A DNA stretch of 64,000 bases from the human T2T-CHM13v2.0 reference genome, Homo sapiens, in assembly GCF_009914755.1 (NCBI RefSeq), contig NC_060925.1; one strand, written 5' to 3'. Positions 37,082 through 51,340 of this stretch are shown here, piece after piece. Below the pieces are notes generated by a model, which saw only the letters and a program-made list of their open reading frames with translations, had not been told where the DNA came from and searched no databases. How positions within the stretch are numbered: the first letter of the stretch is position 1; each line of letters begins with the position of its first letter. The position numbers and the translations under genes were made by a program.

Positions 37082-38679
37082 ACCATTTTGAGAGTAATTT
37101 ACTTTTCCTTCTCTCTGCACTTCACATATGAGAATGTTATACCAGTGTTATTTCCCAGACTCCAAGACTGCCATGGTGTTTGATCTCATTTTCACACCTC
37201 TTTTAGAAATCGCTTTCCTGTACTAGAAACTTTTCAATTTACACTCCGTCTCACTTCAAAATGCATTATTCAGTCATATTATATTGATGTTACAGTTACT
37301 GAAGTTCATAACTACTTTCTAATTCTATAGGAGATTTTCATATTCTGGGAATACATAATGATACTACTTAGAGGATAAAGGTTATAAGGCATAAAATTGA
37401 GAGAGAGGGAGAAATGAGGAAGAAAAAGGGTTCATATAGATGTTCTTTGTACTACTTTTATTTATGCTAATTTTCTGTAGAATTGAAATTAATTTTAAAT
37501 AAATAATTAAAATATGTCCCCTCCCTCCCACCTTTTTTGAGCAGTACACATGATATAATATCTTAGAAAACTTGCTGATTGCAATGTAGTTATTCACTGC
37601 TGAGACAATCCAGCCATTTGTCCACCCTTATTGGAGGCTGTCTTGGCCCACATGGTTGGTTCCTGAAAGATTAAGGTCTGTTATTGAGGTTAACAGTCTT
37701 CATCAAGTGCTAGGTTTTGAATCCCGAATTCCGTTAAGAGACTGTGGAAAACATATTAGCCTGGGGTGAAAAGAAGCTTTAGAGAAGATTTCCAGCACAA
37801 AGTGACATCTGAGCTGAGTTTTGAAGTATGTAATTTATTAGACACATAAGAAGAGGTAGAGTATCAAATATCCAATTGTTCATTTATCCAGTAAATATTT
37901 GTTATGCTATATTAAATCTAAAATATTCACTAAAGAAAATTCAAAGGTGAATACTACATACTGATTTCCCCAAGAAATTTGAACTAGTAATTCTGTGTGC
38001 AAATAGGTGCTATAAAGTGTATGAAATGCTTTGATGCACATGTGGAAAGGGTATAGCTCATTCTGGCACCTCGCTTCTTCCTGTGCTGTGCACATTCAAT
38101 CAGGCAGAAGATGCTGAGTGCAGCCCCAGGAGCTCAGTGTTAAAGGTGCCTAGCTGTTCCCCTCAGATAACTACACATGGCTGGGGAAGGGGGAGGGACT
38201 TTGTCAGGGAGGTGATTATGCCAGGGAAAAGGCACAGCAAGAGCAAAGGTCAGACAATTGACCAAGCAGGAGTGGCAAATATTCTAATCGTGCCTTCTTT
38301 CCTGTTTTATTTTGTGGAATAATTCCTTGCTTTCTGTGACCCAGATGTTTACAAACAGTAGAAAATGATCAGTCTTGCATTTCAGAAATATTACTTTGGT
38401 GACAATAGATTGGAGAAGTGCAAACCTGGTGGCAGGCAGACCAGGTGAGTGAGGATGGTGAACTGCACGATCTCAGTGGAACGATGTGTACCTTACCACC
38501 AGGAGGGACTTAGGGAGAGGAAATGTTTGGGGTATGCAGGGATGTGAGACTTTGTCAAACCAATTGGATTATAATTACAGACCTAGTTGCAGGTGTATCA
38601 TTTTCCAATTGCCTGTGTCCAACTTGTGAAAAATCAAGTGACTTCAGATTTACAGATTCTGCTTTCCTCTTGACAATAT

Positions 38680-39925
38680 GATCCTAAACATGTAAAACTT
38701 AAAATCTCCACAAAAGCTCTGTTAGAACAATTGAAAGACTTCACATAAAGTTGCAGAAATCAAAATCAACATACATCAATAATTTTTCTATGCACTAACA
38801 ACAAACTACCTGAAAAAGAAATTTAAAAACAATTTTATTTATAATAGTGTCAAATCAAACAAACAAAAACTTTGGGATAAATTTAACCAAAAGGGTTAAA
38901 TATCTACACTGAAAAACATAAAACATTGATGTAGGAAATTAAAGAAGACACCAATAAATGAAAACTATCCCATATTCATGGATTGGAAGAATTAATATGT
39001 TAAATTTTTCATATTACCCAAAGGGGTCTACACATTTAATGACATTCTTGTCACATTTCAATGTCATTTTTCACAGAACTGGAGAAAAAAATGATTTATA
39101 TGAACAGTAAGAACAAAAGGGGAGCATCACACTACTTTTTTTCTAAATATATTACAAAGCTATGACACTCAAAACAGCATGGTACACGCATTACAAAAGG
39201 CACATTGACCAGTGGAACAGGATTTAGAGCCGAGAAATAAACCCACACATTTATAGTCAATTGATTTTTGACAAATGTGCCAAAAACACACCTGAGGAAA
39301 GGACTGTTCCTTCAACAAATGATACTGGAAAAATTAGATATCCACATGCAAAAGAACAAAATTGAACCCTTTTCTCACACCATATACAAAAATCAATTCA
39401 AAATGAATTAAACTTGGATATAAGACCCGAAACTGTAAAGCTACTAGAAGAAAATATAGGGAAAAGCTCTGTGACATTGGTTTGGGCAATGTTTTTCTGG
39501 ATATAAACTCAAACTCCCATGGAACAAAAGCACAAATAAACAAATCAGATTATGCAAAACTAAAAAGGTTCTGCACAGTAAAGGAAACAGTCAATAGAGT
39601 GAAGAGACAACCCACAGAATTAGATAAAGTATTTGTAAACTATATTATCTGATAAGGGATTAATAGAAAAAATATATCAGGAACTCAGAAACCTCAATAG
39701 TAAGAAAATAAATAACACAATTTAAAAATGGGCATAAGACCTGAATAGACATTTCTGGAAAGAAGACAGACAGATGGCCAACAGGTATATGAAAAATAAT
39801 GCTTATTATCACTAGTCATCAGGGAAACACAAAACAAAACCACAATGAGATATCACTTCACTCTTGTTAGAATGGCTATTATCAAAAAGACAAAAGATAA
39901 CAAGTGTTGGTGAGGACATGGAGAC
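38680..39925 (+). mobile_element. L1M ORF2 3' half
   Basis: Decayed ORF2 sense sequence (catattcatggattggaagaattaat, ttcaacaaatgatactggaaaaattagatatccacatgc, accacaatgagatatcac). Confidence 0.88.
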
Positions 39926-41565
39926 AACTTCCCTCCCTCCCACCTCCAACTTTGAGGGTACAGTGGGCTGAACTGAAGAATGCATGAGATGGGGGAGGCA
40001 GAGGATGCTGGGTCCTGTCTCCCCACTCTCGGGGCCGACTCCTTGACCTGATACAGGCAGAACAGGTGAGGCCCCGAGGCTTTACCTTGACTGAGAGCTC
40101 TAGCTGTGAGTAGGATCTAGGCATGTTAGTAATGACTGATTCTGGACTGAATGTGCTGGGAGGTCATTTGAAAGTCTAGGAAGGTTGAAAAAACCTCATA
40201 GCTTGAACAGGCATTTGAATGAAACCTCAAAGTTCTTTTGTGCTTGTAACTTGAAGACATTTGCTCTTTGGAAATAGCATACACATATACAGACCATCTA
40301 TATGGTATACACAGATGACAAAGGTTTGTGCTCTCCATAGTTTCTTTTCTTCTTTATTTGATGGATTTATTCTTTCTTGCACACCTGTAATTATATTTCT
40401 CTTGACACCTTGCTGTATATCAACTTCTTGAGTTACACTCCTTGTCAATAGTTGAAAAGTTTCTGTCTTTCAGCTTCCAACAAATTTGCTGACGAGTCAG
40501 TTGCTGCTCAGATTTTTTAAAAATCAATTTTATATAAGTAGTTCTTTCTATCTGGTGACTGCAAAATGTTAACTTGCATTTACTCTGAAAATAATTCATG
40601 TACATATTTTAACTTACTGTTACAATTGCTAACTGTTGTTAATGTATAATTTCTATAAATGTATATCTATTGGGTTGAATATCAGAGTATTAATTTAAAA
40701 GTGGTACTTTTTACATATATAACTAGGAGTGGAATAGCAGGGTAATATAATAATTCTATACTTTGTGTTTTGAAAAGCTGTCAAACTGTTTTCAACTATG
40801 GCTGAAACATTTTGCATTTCCACCAGCAATGCATGAGTCTTAATTTCTCCATATTCTCACCAACACTTATTACTGCTTAATGAGTAAGGGGTTTTACAGC
40901 TTGGGATCGTGGAAATGTTTTGGAACTAGAGGTTGTTGTTGCCCAATATTGTGAATGTATAAGATACCACTGAATTGTTCACTTTAAAATGGTTAATTAC
41001 ATTGCATGAAGTTCACTTGAATAAATTATTTTTAAGTGGCGCTGTTTGTTTGGAAGACTATGAGAGAAATTTATTTTCACATAGGGTTATCCCATGGAAC
41101 TAGGCAAAATCTTGAGAAATAGTATTTCCAAATAATTCACAATAATTTTTCAACTTATTCCAAGAAGACAACTTCTCTAAAAACATGTAACATAATGGGC
41201 CTGGTCAGTTCTTGGTTGATGCTTTGACTCTTTCAGTGTTTCTTATTTTAAAACATGATTTTAAGTTTCAGTTTTGGCTGGGAGAAAATACCCTGTCTAA
41301 AGCTGTATTTCAGCCTCTTGCTTTCAGATTTACCAAATTGTCTTTGTTTGACTTAAAAAAAATTTTTAGTTGTCTGTTTCCAACATATTTGCATTGTTGA
41401 TTTAAAAAAGCTTTGAAAAGCATGTGTGTTCATTTGAGAATAATTTTAGCTCATTTTTGATAGGGTAAGTGTATAATTTATTTTATTAGTTCTAAGTCCT
41501 CCTTATTTCTAAATTTTATTTTTATGAAATAACATTTTAAATGTGCTTCAAAATATTTCCACAGG

Positions 41566-41568
<3 letters not shown>

Positions 41569-41596
<28 letters not shown>
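41569..41596. repeat. (GT)14 microsatellite
   Basis: Perfect gt run. Confidence 0.95.
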
Positions 41597-41600
<4 letters not shown>

Positions 41601-41776
41601 AATAATCATACATTTTATTTAGAGTCGGTTTCCTTTCACAGAAAATTTTCATTAGCTCTTATGCATGAAAATAAATAGTCAAATGATTTACAGTTTTAAA
41701 ATGTGACCTGTAAATTCAAAAATGTTTAAAAATCATTCAGAGTTCCTATTATAATAGATTTGTATGATAATTTTAA

Positions 41777-42073
<297 letters not shown>

Positions 42074-42457
42074 TGATAATTTTAAAAAATGTTGTTACCA
42101 TCCACATTTTACTCAATTTTTATAAAACTTATCTTTTATTTTGTTTTTCAGAATAATTTGTTCAATTTAGGCTTAATTGTTTCAAAACATATTTATTTAA
42201 TTTTGCAATTATATTTCGGTAAAGGAAGGAAAAAGAACAATGAGCATTCCAGTGTGACAGGAGACATGTAACTGCAGTAAACAAACAGCTCCATGATGGT
42301 GACAGAGCTACCGGGTGTAGAAGGTACACATTCTAATAGCTATGGTTATTCCCATTCCACAGATACTGATTAACGAGTTTCACAAAAGATATGTTGAGAA
42401 TGAATTACTTCAGTGGTAGAGTAAGCAGAGATGAATTACAAAAGCTTTTAGTAAATA

Positions 42458-42786
42458 CAGTCAGCCCTCTTTATCCGAGTTCTGCATGTGTGGATTCAAT
42501 CAACTGCAGATAAAAAATATTCAGAAAAAAATGTTCTGAAGTTCCAAAAAGCAAAACTTGCCATGTTCTGAGCACTATGTTGAATCAATTCCAATGAAGT
42601 GATATATAGACCTTGCATGAGGTATAATAAGTAATCTAAAGATGATTTAAAGTATGTGAGAGGATGTGCATAGCTTACATGCACATACCGCAGCATTTTA
42701 TATAAGGCACTTAAGCATCCTCAGGTTTTGGTACCTACAAGGTGTCCTGGAACCAAACCCCACAATGAATACCAAGAGACAAATGT
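42458..42786. mobile_element. MER2-type Tigger DNA transposon
   Basis: cagtcagccctctttatccgagttctgcatgtgtggattcaatcaac...ggtgtcctggaaccaaacccc...gaataccaagagacaaatg. Confidence 0.85.
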
Positions 42787-43078
42787 GTTTTTAAAACAAA
42801 TGAGAATTGGTCTTGCAGGGTCCTCACCAAGTGAAAGATCACTCCCTGCCTTATGGAGGTGGGAGGGAAATAGGAAAAATTGTATTAAGTAAATGTCTAC
42901 CATGAAGTCATAAATAAGATTTGTTCAAAATACTTAACAGTGAAATTTATATTTTGAAAACATCATTTAATATTGAAAAGAAAAATTTAGGGAACGGCTA
43001 GTGGAATAAAAATTACATAGAAGAATCAGGACAATGAAGTAAACTAACATAGGGGAAAAGGGAAATCAAAATCATTTG

Positions 43079-43381
43079 GGGCCAGGCATGGTGGATCACA
43101 CCTGTAATCCCAACACTCTGGGAGGCGGAGGTGGAAGTATTGCTTAAGTCCAGGAGTTCAAGACTAGCCTGGGCAACATACTGAGACCCCATCTCTACAA
43201 AAAATAAAACAATTATCCTGGCATGGTAGCAGGTATCTATAGTCCAAGCTACTTGTGAGGCTGATATGGGAGGATCAGTTGAGCCCAGAAGGTTGAGGGT
43301 GTAGTGAGCCATGAATCATACCACCACATTTCAGCCTGGGCAACAGAGTGAGACTCTGTCTCAAAATAAAAATAAAAAAAA
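43079..43381 (+). mobile_element. AluJ
   Basis: ggccaggcatggtgg...gagaccccatctctacaaaaaat...gagactctgtctcaaaataaaa. Confidence 0.92.
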
Positions 43382-43508
43382 TCATTTGTAAAACATAAGT
43401 GAAATGAATTTAAATACAAGTTTCAAATCAGAATACATGAACGCTAATACAATTTTCTTGAACTAGAGAGACTGTACAAGGAAACTGTGCATCTGGACAT
43501 TGCTGTAA

Positions 43509-43773
43509 TTTTTTTTTAACAGGGTCTTGCTCTGTCCCCTAGGCTGGAGACAACCTCCACATCCTGGCTTCAAGGGATTCTCATCCATCAGTTTTCAGAC
43601 TAGCTGGGATTACAGGCGTGGGCCACCACCCCCAGCTAATTTCTTGTATTTTTAGTAGAGACGGAGTTTTCCTATGTTGGCCAGGCTTGTCTTGAACTCC
43701 AGGTCTGAAGTGATCCACCCATCTCGGCCTCCCAAAGTGTTAGGATTACAGGCATGAGCCACGGCATCTGGCC
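43509..43773 (-). mobile_element. Alu with internal deletion
   Basis: poly-T, cagggtcttgctctgtc...gcctcccaaagtgttaggattacaggcatgagccac. Confidence 0.88.
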
Positions 43774-44185
43774 TATTGCTGTAATTATTGATCATAACTG
43801 TGGTCATTAATGTATATATTTTTGTTAAGTTGTTTTCTTGGTTTAATTCAATATGGCTTAGGGATATGGACTGCATATTTCAAACTTTGTAGAATTCTCT
43901 TGAGTTTTCTTATGTGGCTGAGAACATTTTATATTGTACAGGAAATTCATAACTTTTGGGCAATGATTTTATCATTCCTTGAAGACTTCTGCCCTGCTCC
44001 TCTTAAAGGGCACATTGCCTGCTCCATCCACTCCTGAGTGTTCTTTTCACCTGGAGTGACCTGATCTGCCTGCTCTAGGCTTTAGAAGGGCAGAGGTAAT
44101 GTGGGTCATTTCTCCACTTCTACCCCAGGCTCTTGAGTGCATCTCAATGTCAAGGTTTATTAAACAGAACAAGAAACCATTCTTC

Positions 44186-47100
44186 CTTTCCCGAAATAAA
44201 TTAATTCTCCTTTTAGATCTCACAAATAAGTGAGAACATGCAATGTGTGTCTTTCTGTGCCTGGCTTACTTCACTTAACATAGTGACCTCCAGTTCCATC
44301 CATGTTGTTGCAAATTAAAAGATCTCATTATTTTTTATAGCTGAATAGTACTCCATTGTGTATAAGTACCACATTTTCTTTATCCATTTATCTGCTGATG
44401 GATACTTAGGTTGCTTCAAAATCTCAGCTATTGTGAAAAGTGCCACAACAAACATACGAGTGCAGATATCTCTTTGATACTCTTTTCCTTTATTTTGGGT
44501 ATATCCCGGGGGATCGATGGATCATATGATGGCTCTGTTTTTAGTTTCTTGAGGAACCTCCAAACCATTCTTCATAGTGGTTATACTAATTTACATTCTC
44601 ACCAAGAGTGTACAATGGTTTTCTTTTCTCCACATCCTTGCCAGCATTTGTTGTTGCCTTTTGGATGTAAGCCATTTTAACTGGGGTGAGATTATATCTC
44701 ATTATAGTTTTGATTTGCATTTCTTTTATAATCAATGATGTTGAGCACCCTTTTCTATGCGTGTTTGCAATTCGTATGTCTTCTTTGGAGAAATGTGCAT
44801 TCAGATCTTTTGCCCATTTTATAATTACATTACTAGATTTCTAGACAGTTGTTTGAGCTCCTTATATACTCTGGTTATTAATCCCTTGTCAGATGGGTAG
44901 TTTGCAAATATTTTCTCCCATTCTGTGGATTGTCTATTCATTTCATTGATTGATAAGTTTCCTTTGCTGTGCAGAAGCTTTTTAACTTGATGGGATCCCA
45001 TTTGTCCATTTTTGCTCTGTTGTCTGTGCTTGTAGGGTATTACTTAAGAAATCTTTGCCCAGACCAATGTCCTGGAGACTTTTCCCAATGTTTTCTTGTA
45101 GTACTTTCATAATTTGAGGTATTAGATTTAACTCTTTAATCCATTTTGATTTGATTTTTGTATATGGCAAGAGATAGGGGTGTAGTTTCATTCTTCTGCA
45201 TGTGAATATCCAGTTTTCCCAGCACATTTATAGAAGAGACTGTCTTTTCCCCAATGTATGTACTTGGCATCTTTGATTGCAAATGAGTTAACTGTAGGTG
45301 TGTGGATTTCCTTTTTGGGTCTTTATGCTGTTCCATTGGTCTGTGTGTCTGTTTTTGTGCCAGTATCCTGCTATTTTGGTTATATAGCTCTGTAGTATAA
45401 TTTGAAGTCAATTAATGTGATTCCTCTAGTTGTGGTTTTTGCTAAAGATAGTTTTGTCTATTCAGGGTCTTTTATGGGTTGCTATAAATTTTAGGATTGT
45501 TTTTTCCATTTCTGTAAAAAATGTCATTGGTATATTGATAGGGACTGCATTGAATCTGTATACTGCTTTAGATAGTATGGACATTTTAAGAATATTTATT
45601 TTTCCCATTAATGAACGTGGAATATCTTTCCATTTTTTTGTTTCCTCTTCAATTTGTTTTATCAGTGTTTTATAGTTTTTATTGTAGAGATCTTTCACTT
45701 CTGAGGTTAAGTTAATACCTGGGTATTTAATGTTATTCATGGCTACGATAAATGAGATTACATTTTTTCATATTGTTCACTGTTGGCAGATAGAAATGCT
45801 TCTGACTTTTAAATGTTAATTTTGTATCCTGCAACTTTACTGAATTTGTTCATCAGTTCCAAGAGGTTTTGGTAACGTCTTTAGGTTTTTCCAAATATAA
45901 GGTGATATCATCCACAAACAAGAATAATTTTACTTTTTCCATTCCAATTTGGATGCCCTTTATTTCATTCTCTTGTCTAATTGCTCCAGCTAAGACTTCC
46001 AGTGCTATATTGAATAATAGTAGAGAAAGTGGACATCTTTGTCATAATCTAGACCTTAGAGGAAAGGGTTTTAGTTTTTCCCTATTCAGTATACTAGCTG
46101 TGTGTCTGTCATATATAGCTTTTATTATGTTGAGTTATGCTCCTTCTATCTTCAGTTTTTTAATGGTTTTTATCATGAAGGGATGTTGCATTTTATCAAG
46201 TGCTTTTTTTTAACATCAATTTAAATGATCATATGGCTTTTATCCTTCATCTGTTAATATGATTCATCACATTGATAAATTTGCCTATGTTGAACCATCC
46301 TTGCATCTCAGGGATAAATTCCACTTGGTCATGATGAGTGATCTTTCTAGTGTATTGCATGCCAATTATATTCTCCAGCTCTAGAATTTCTGCTTGATTC
46401 TTTTTAATGATTTCAATCTCTTTGTTAAATTTATCTGATAGACTTCTGAATGCCCTCTCTGTGTTAGCTTGGATTTCCCTGAGTTTCCTCAAAACAGCTA
46501 CTTTGAATTCCCTGTCTGAAAGGTCACATATCTGTGTTTCTCCAGGATTGTTCCCTGTTGGCTATTTAGTTTATTTGGTAAGGTCATGTTTTTTTGAATG
46601 GTGTTGATGATAGTAGATGTTTAGTGTCTGGGCATTGAAGAGTTACGTATTTATTGTAGTCTTCACTATCTGGGCTTTTTGTACACATCCTACTTGGGAA
46701 GGCATTCAAGATATTCAAAAGTACATGTGTGTTGTGATCTAAGCTGTGTCTACCTTAGGGGGCACACCAAGCCCAGTAATGCTGTAGTTCTTGAGACTCA
46801 TTGAGGTACCGCCTTGATATTCTTGAACAAGATCTGGATGAATTCTACAGATTACCAGACAAAGATTCTTGTTCTCTTCCCTTACTTTCTCCCAAACAAA
46901 CGAAATCTTTGTCTGTGTTCTGAGCCACTTGGAGATAAGAGTGGAGTTATACAAGCACCACCGTGGCAACCACCACTAAAAGTGCCCTGGTTCAGGCCTG
47001 CAGCTAGCACAACACTGAATCTCAGCCACGGCCTGCTGTAGCCACTTCCTGACTACCACTCACGTTTGCTCAGGGCACTGCAGCTCTAAAATCAGCAGGT

Positions 47101-48715
47101 GACAAAGCCAGCCAGGCCTGTATCTTTCTCTTCGGGGTATCAAGGTCCCGTAGGCCCCAGGAAGGTCCAGAGGTGACATCTGGGAGCCAGGGACAAAAGT
47201 AAAAAACCTTAGAAATCTACCCGATATTCTGTTGTATTGCAGCTGAGCTGGCACTCAAACCACAAGATACTGTCTTTCCCACTCTCCCCTTCCCTTTCAA
47301 AAGCAGAGGAGCCTCACCCTATGGCCACGGCCAGCACATGCCCATGGGAAGTGTTGCCAGTCTACTGCTGATGTTCCCTCAAGGCCCAAGCGCTCTTCAG
47401 TCAGCTTGTGGGGAAGGCTCCTTGGCTTGGGACTCATCCTTCAGGACAGTGGGCTCCCCTCTGGCCCAGGGAAGGACCAGAAATGCTGCCCAAGAGCCAA
47501 GTCCGAGAATTGAGGAAACCAAGAGCCCACTTGGTGCTCTACCCTCCTAAGGCCTTGCTAATACCTAAAGTCCAAGACGAAGTCCCGTTTACTCTTTCCT
47601 CCACTTTTTTTTTTTAAAGCAGAAGGAGTTTCACCCCATAGCCACCACATGTGGGAATGTGCTGAGTCTCATCTGTGAGCCAGTAATCTCAGAGGCTCAC
47701 CTAAGGTCCTCAACGTGGTACCTGGGTATCACTGCTGGTTATTCAGGGCTCAAGGGCCCTTCAGTTAGCAGGTGATGAATGCTTCCAGGATTGGGTTCTT
47801 CCCTTCATAATAACAGGTTCCCTTTTGGCCCAAGGAGTGTCTAGAAATGTCCACAATCTGGGGCCTGGAGCTAGGGGGTGGAGCAATGATTAGATCAATG
47901 ATGAAATTCTCAAAGCTTTGGCACAGTGGTACTGATTAGTTGTAGCGATTTCTGATGACTCTGATTGGTGCCCTCTCCTGCTGTGGCTGAGCTGATTCCA
48001 AGATGCAAGAAAAAGTCCTCACTCTTTCTTATCTTCTCAAGTGGAGGGAAGGGGTTTTTTAGGAGCCACAAACTGTGCAGCCTGGGGCTAGGGGAGGGGT
48101 TCCAGCACCCCCTTACTTGCTCTGGCTGGTGTCTCAGTAGGTTGTGTCCCCCCATAGTCCACAGGCTCTGGGCCAGGTCAGCACTTGGACTCATTTAGGA
48201 GTTGTGGTCATTGTGGCCTGGTTTCTTTTTCTCATGTTTCTTTTAAGGCCCCAGAGCACTTTAGTCCATGGTGGAAAGGCTTGCAGGAACTCAAGTTCAG
48301 ACGGCTGGGATTGGTAATTGCCCTCGGGCTAGTCTAAATGCTCCCTCCATGGATGGGCATCAGCTGAGTTTGGTCCAGCTTTGTTTTCTGCTCCAGCAGA
48401 GCAGCGCTGAGTTCAATGACTCACGATTGCTGTGCTCTCCCTCTCCCCAGAGCACAGAATTGCTCTCTGCACCATGCTGATGCTGCTGGGGAATGAGGCA
48501 AGGGTGCATTTGCAATTCACAATTGTTTTTCTATCTCTTCAGTGCTTCTTTCAGCAATATAAAGTTAAGGCCAGGTACAGTGAGTGCTCACCTGATTTTT
48601 GTTTGTATAAAGGTGCTTTTTGTGTGTAGGCAGTTATTAAATTGGTGTCCTTGCAGTGGGAACAATTGGGGGAGCCTTCTATTCTGCCGTCTTGTTCCTC
48701 CTCCTTCCAAATTTT
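44186..48715 (-). mobile_element. L1MA-type element keeping 5'UTR, ORF1 start and ORF2 3' half, with a large internal deletion near 46360
   Basis: Minus ORFs 44982-45740 are ORF2 ([28 protein letters not shown]). ORF 46247-46492 joins an ORF1 coiled-coil peptide to the ORF2 RT peptide [19 protein letters not shown]-richer 5'UTR at ~46700-48715. Confidence 0.88.
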
Positions 48716-49478
48716 GATTCCTTTAAAATAACATAACTGAGCTTATTATGCCTGTCATGATTCTCTTTTGTACATATAAAGTGTTTCCAGTTATGGCTAC
48801 CTAATATTGTCATTGTCTATGTTTGCATTTTTTACTTTACAACTCATATCCTCTCTTTCTCTATATACACACACACATAAATATATATTTATGTACATAT
48901 AAATATTTGTTACATTTATATATATGTGTGTATGTGCTAAAACTAAGATGTAGGCATTTTCACATGAGTAGTATCCCTTAAAAAAAACTAATAGAAGTTG
49001 CCATGTATATGAATAAGGAAATCTGAGGTGGATGGTGGAAGGCGCAGAGAGAGGCAATCTGAAATGGAAAAGAGTCAAGAATCCATTAAACCTTTAAGTC
49101 ACATTGTTTCCTTTTCTTGGAACTAACATTGACACAAACTATTTTACATGCTGTTTCGTTTTCTTTAGGTTTTACGATTAAACACATTTAAAGCCCAGTT
49201 GATATCTCTACAGTTAAAAATTGAATGTGTATGTTATGATGTGTCACAAGATAAGTAGCAAAATATAACTAACAAAACTTAGCAGGCAAAAAAATAGAAT
49301 GTTGGAAAACAGCACATATGCACGTGTTAATTTCATCTTTTAAACCAGGCATAGATTTATCATTTAAAGTTGATACATCGGTAATACAATATAATTTACA
49401 TTCATATATATTACTATGAGAAGACTAAACAAAAATGATTCATAACCGTACACCTTATGCATCAAGAGAATGCAACCA

Positions 49479-49566
49479 GGCCGGTCACAGTGGCTCACGC
49501 CTATAATGCCAGCAGTTTCGGGGGCCGAGGCAGGCAGGTCGCCTGAGCTCAGGAGAATGAGAGCCA
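49479..49566 (+). mobile_element. Alu left-arm 5' fragment, abruptly truncated
   Basis: ggccggtcacagtggctcacgcctataatgccagcagtttcgggggccgaggcaggcaggtcgcctgagctcaggag. Confidence 0.85.
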
Positions 49567-51094
49567 CCCATCGAGTATAAAGTGATTTTCATCAACTTCA
49601 TCTCTTATCATGTGTTCAAAAGGGTTTTGTAGCAATAGTTTCCATAAGTTGGATTTTTACACTAACCTGTTCATCAAGAGCCTGCCTGATATATTTTCTT
49701 AAAAGATTGTTTGGTACCTTTACTGAATTGGCAATTAAAAGTTTTTCTTAGTGACATTTAGTAAATGAGTGATGTTTATTGGGAAGCTGCTTAATGCAAG
49801 AGAAAAATGAAAAGATTAGATCATGACTATTGTTAAAGTGAGAAATTAAATGACCACATAAAAAACTTCTCTTCTCTTCCTTGGGTATTTTTCCAATATT
49901 ACTCATTTGCCCTCTAGGGAAACAAACAACAGAGTTTTGTGATGAAACATGCATTAAACAGCTGTTCTCAAGCTGTTAATTAAAAACAAAACAAACAAAC
50001 AAACTGCAGAGGAGGCAGCCCAGGCATTTGTTGTGGAACACATTCTCTGCTTGCCACTTACATGTTTTGAGTACAGTTTTCAGTACCCATCAGAACCAGT
50101 TTAGTTGATATTCCTTCTGGATTATTAGAAGGAGTTTTCTCCATGAGAAATCTCAGGATGTTTATGATGTCACATACTAGATTACTTAAACTCTTCCCTC
50201 TTTGGTTCCTGGAGCTGTGTGCACAGTGCTGAAGTGTGACATCCATGCCTTCAGTTAAGTGGTCATCTTCAAATACCTCTAACTGGCACTCTCTTTTTTT
50301 TTTTGAAGCTTTTGCCTTTTAACCTGGATCTCCTCTCATCTTTTCAAGGAAAGATACTAATATGAAGACAGAAAAAAAGAAGATCAAGAAGGTTCCCTTT
50401 TATCTCTTGTTTCTAAGGTCTCACCTCTTGTGAAGTTGTTTGTAAACAATTTTGTCTTTACCTAATATTCCTCTCTCTGGATATATTATACCTGTAAGTG
50501 ATCCACTATCATCAACTTATATCTCCATACTCACAGTAAGAAAGCCATTTGGCTCTCTTAGATAATGTGTGTGAGTAGGAGAAAAACAAATAGGGAAGTT
50601 CACTCATTTAAGATAATTCAGATATTTTGTGCATGTTCAGTTCCCACAAATGTGATATCTTCTAAGTTACAGGGAATTAGGTAAGATGATCAAAATAATT
50701 AAATCGAATGGGATTGGAAGGTAGGAATTTTGGTGGAGGTATGAGTAATTGGCATGTTTACTTTAAGAAGATTTGATTGAAGGAAATGAATTAAGCATAA
50801 TCCAGGAGTACAGAGGTAAATACTTTTAACTGAACTAACAAAGGAAAGACTAGACAAAAACCTAGTTGTCAAAACTAAAAACATAGGTTACTGTTGAACT
50901 GTTCCTGAATACTGTCAAACTCTTCATTTAGCACACTTAAAAATACATTTTTCAGGGAAAAGTGGAACTTTTACAATTAAATGGAGTCACCAGTTGGGCA
51001 TCAATAACCATGGAAACACTTGAGGAAGGCTGTACATTTTCTGTTGTTTCATCTATAAAATACCCACTCATGTATGTATTTAAATTTTTAATTT

Positions 51095-51340
51095 TTAAAT
51101 TTTTTTCAACTTTTATTTTAGATTCAGGTGGTACATGTGCAGGTTTGTTAGCTGGTAATATTTTGTGACGGTGAGGTTTGGGGTGTAAATGATCCCATCA
51201 TACAGGCACCTAGCATATACCCAATAGTTCGTTTTTGATCCTTGCCCCTCTATCTTCCTTCTAGCAGTCTCTATTTTCTGTTGTTGCCATCTTTATGTCT
51301 ATGAGTATATAAATGTTGAGCTCTTATTCATAAGTGCCAC
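51095..51340 (-). mobile_element. L1PA/PB 3'-end fragment
   Basis: caacttttattttagattcaggtggtacatgtgcaggtttgtta...ttgccatctttatgtc. Confidence 0.85.
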
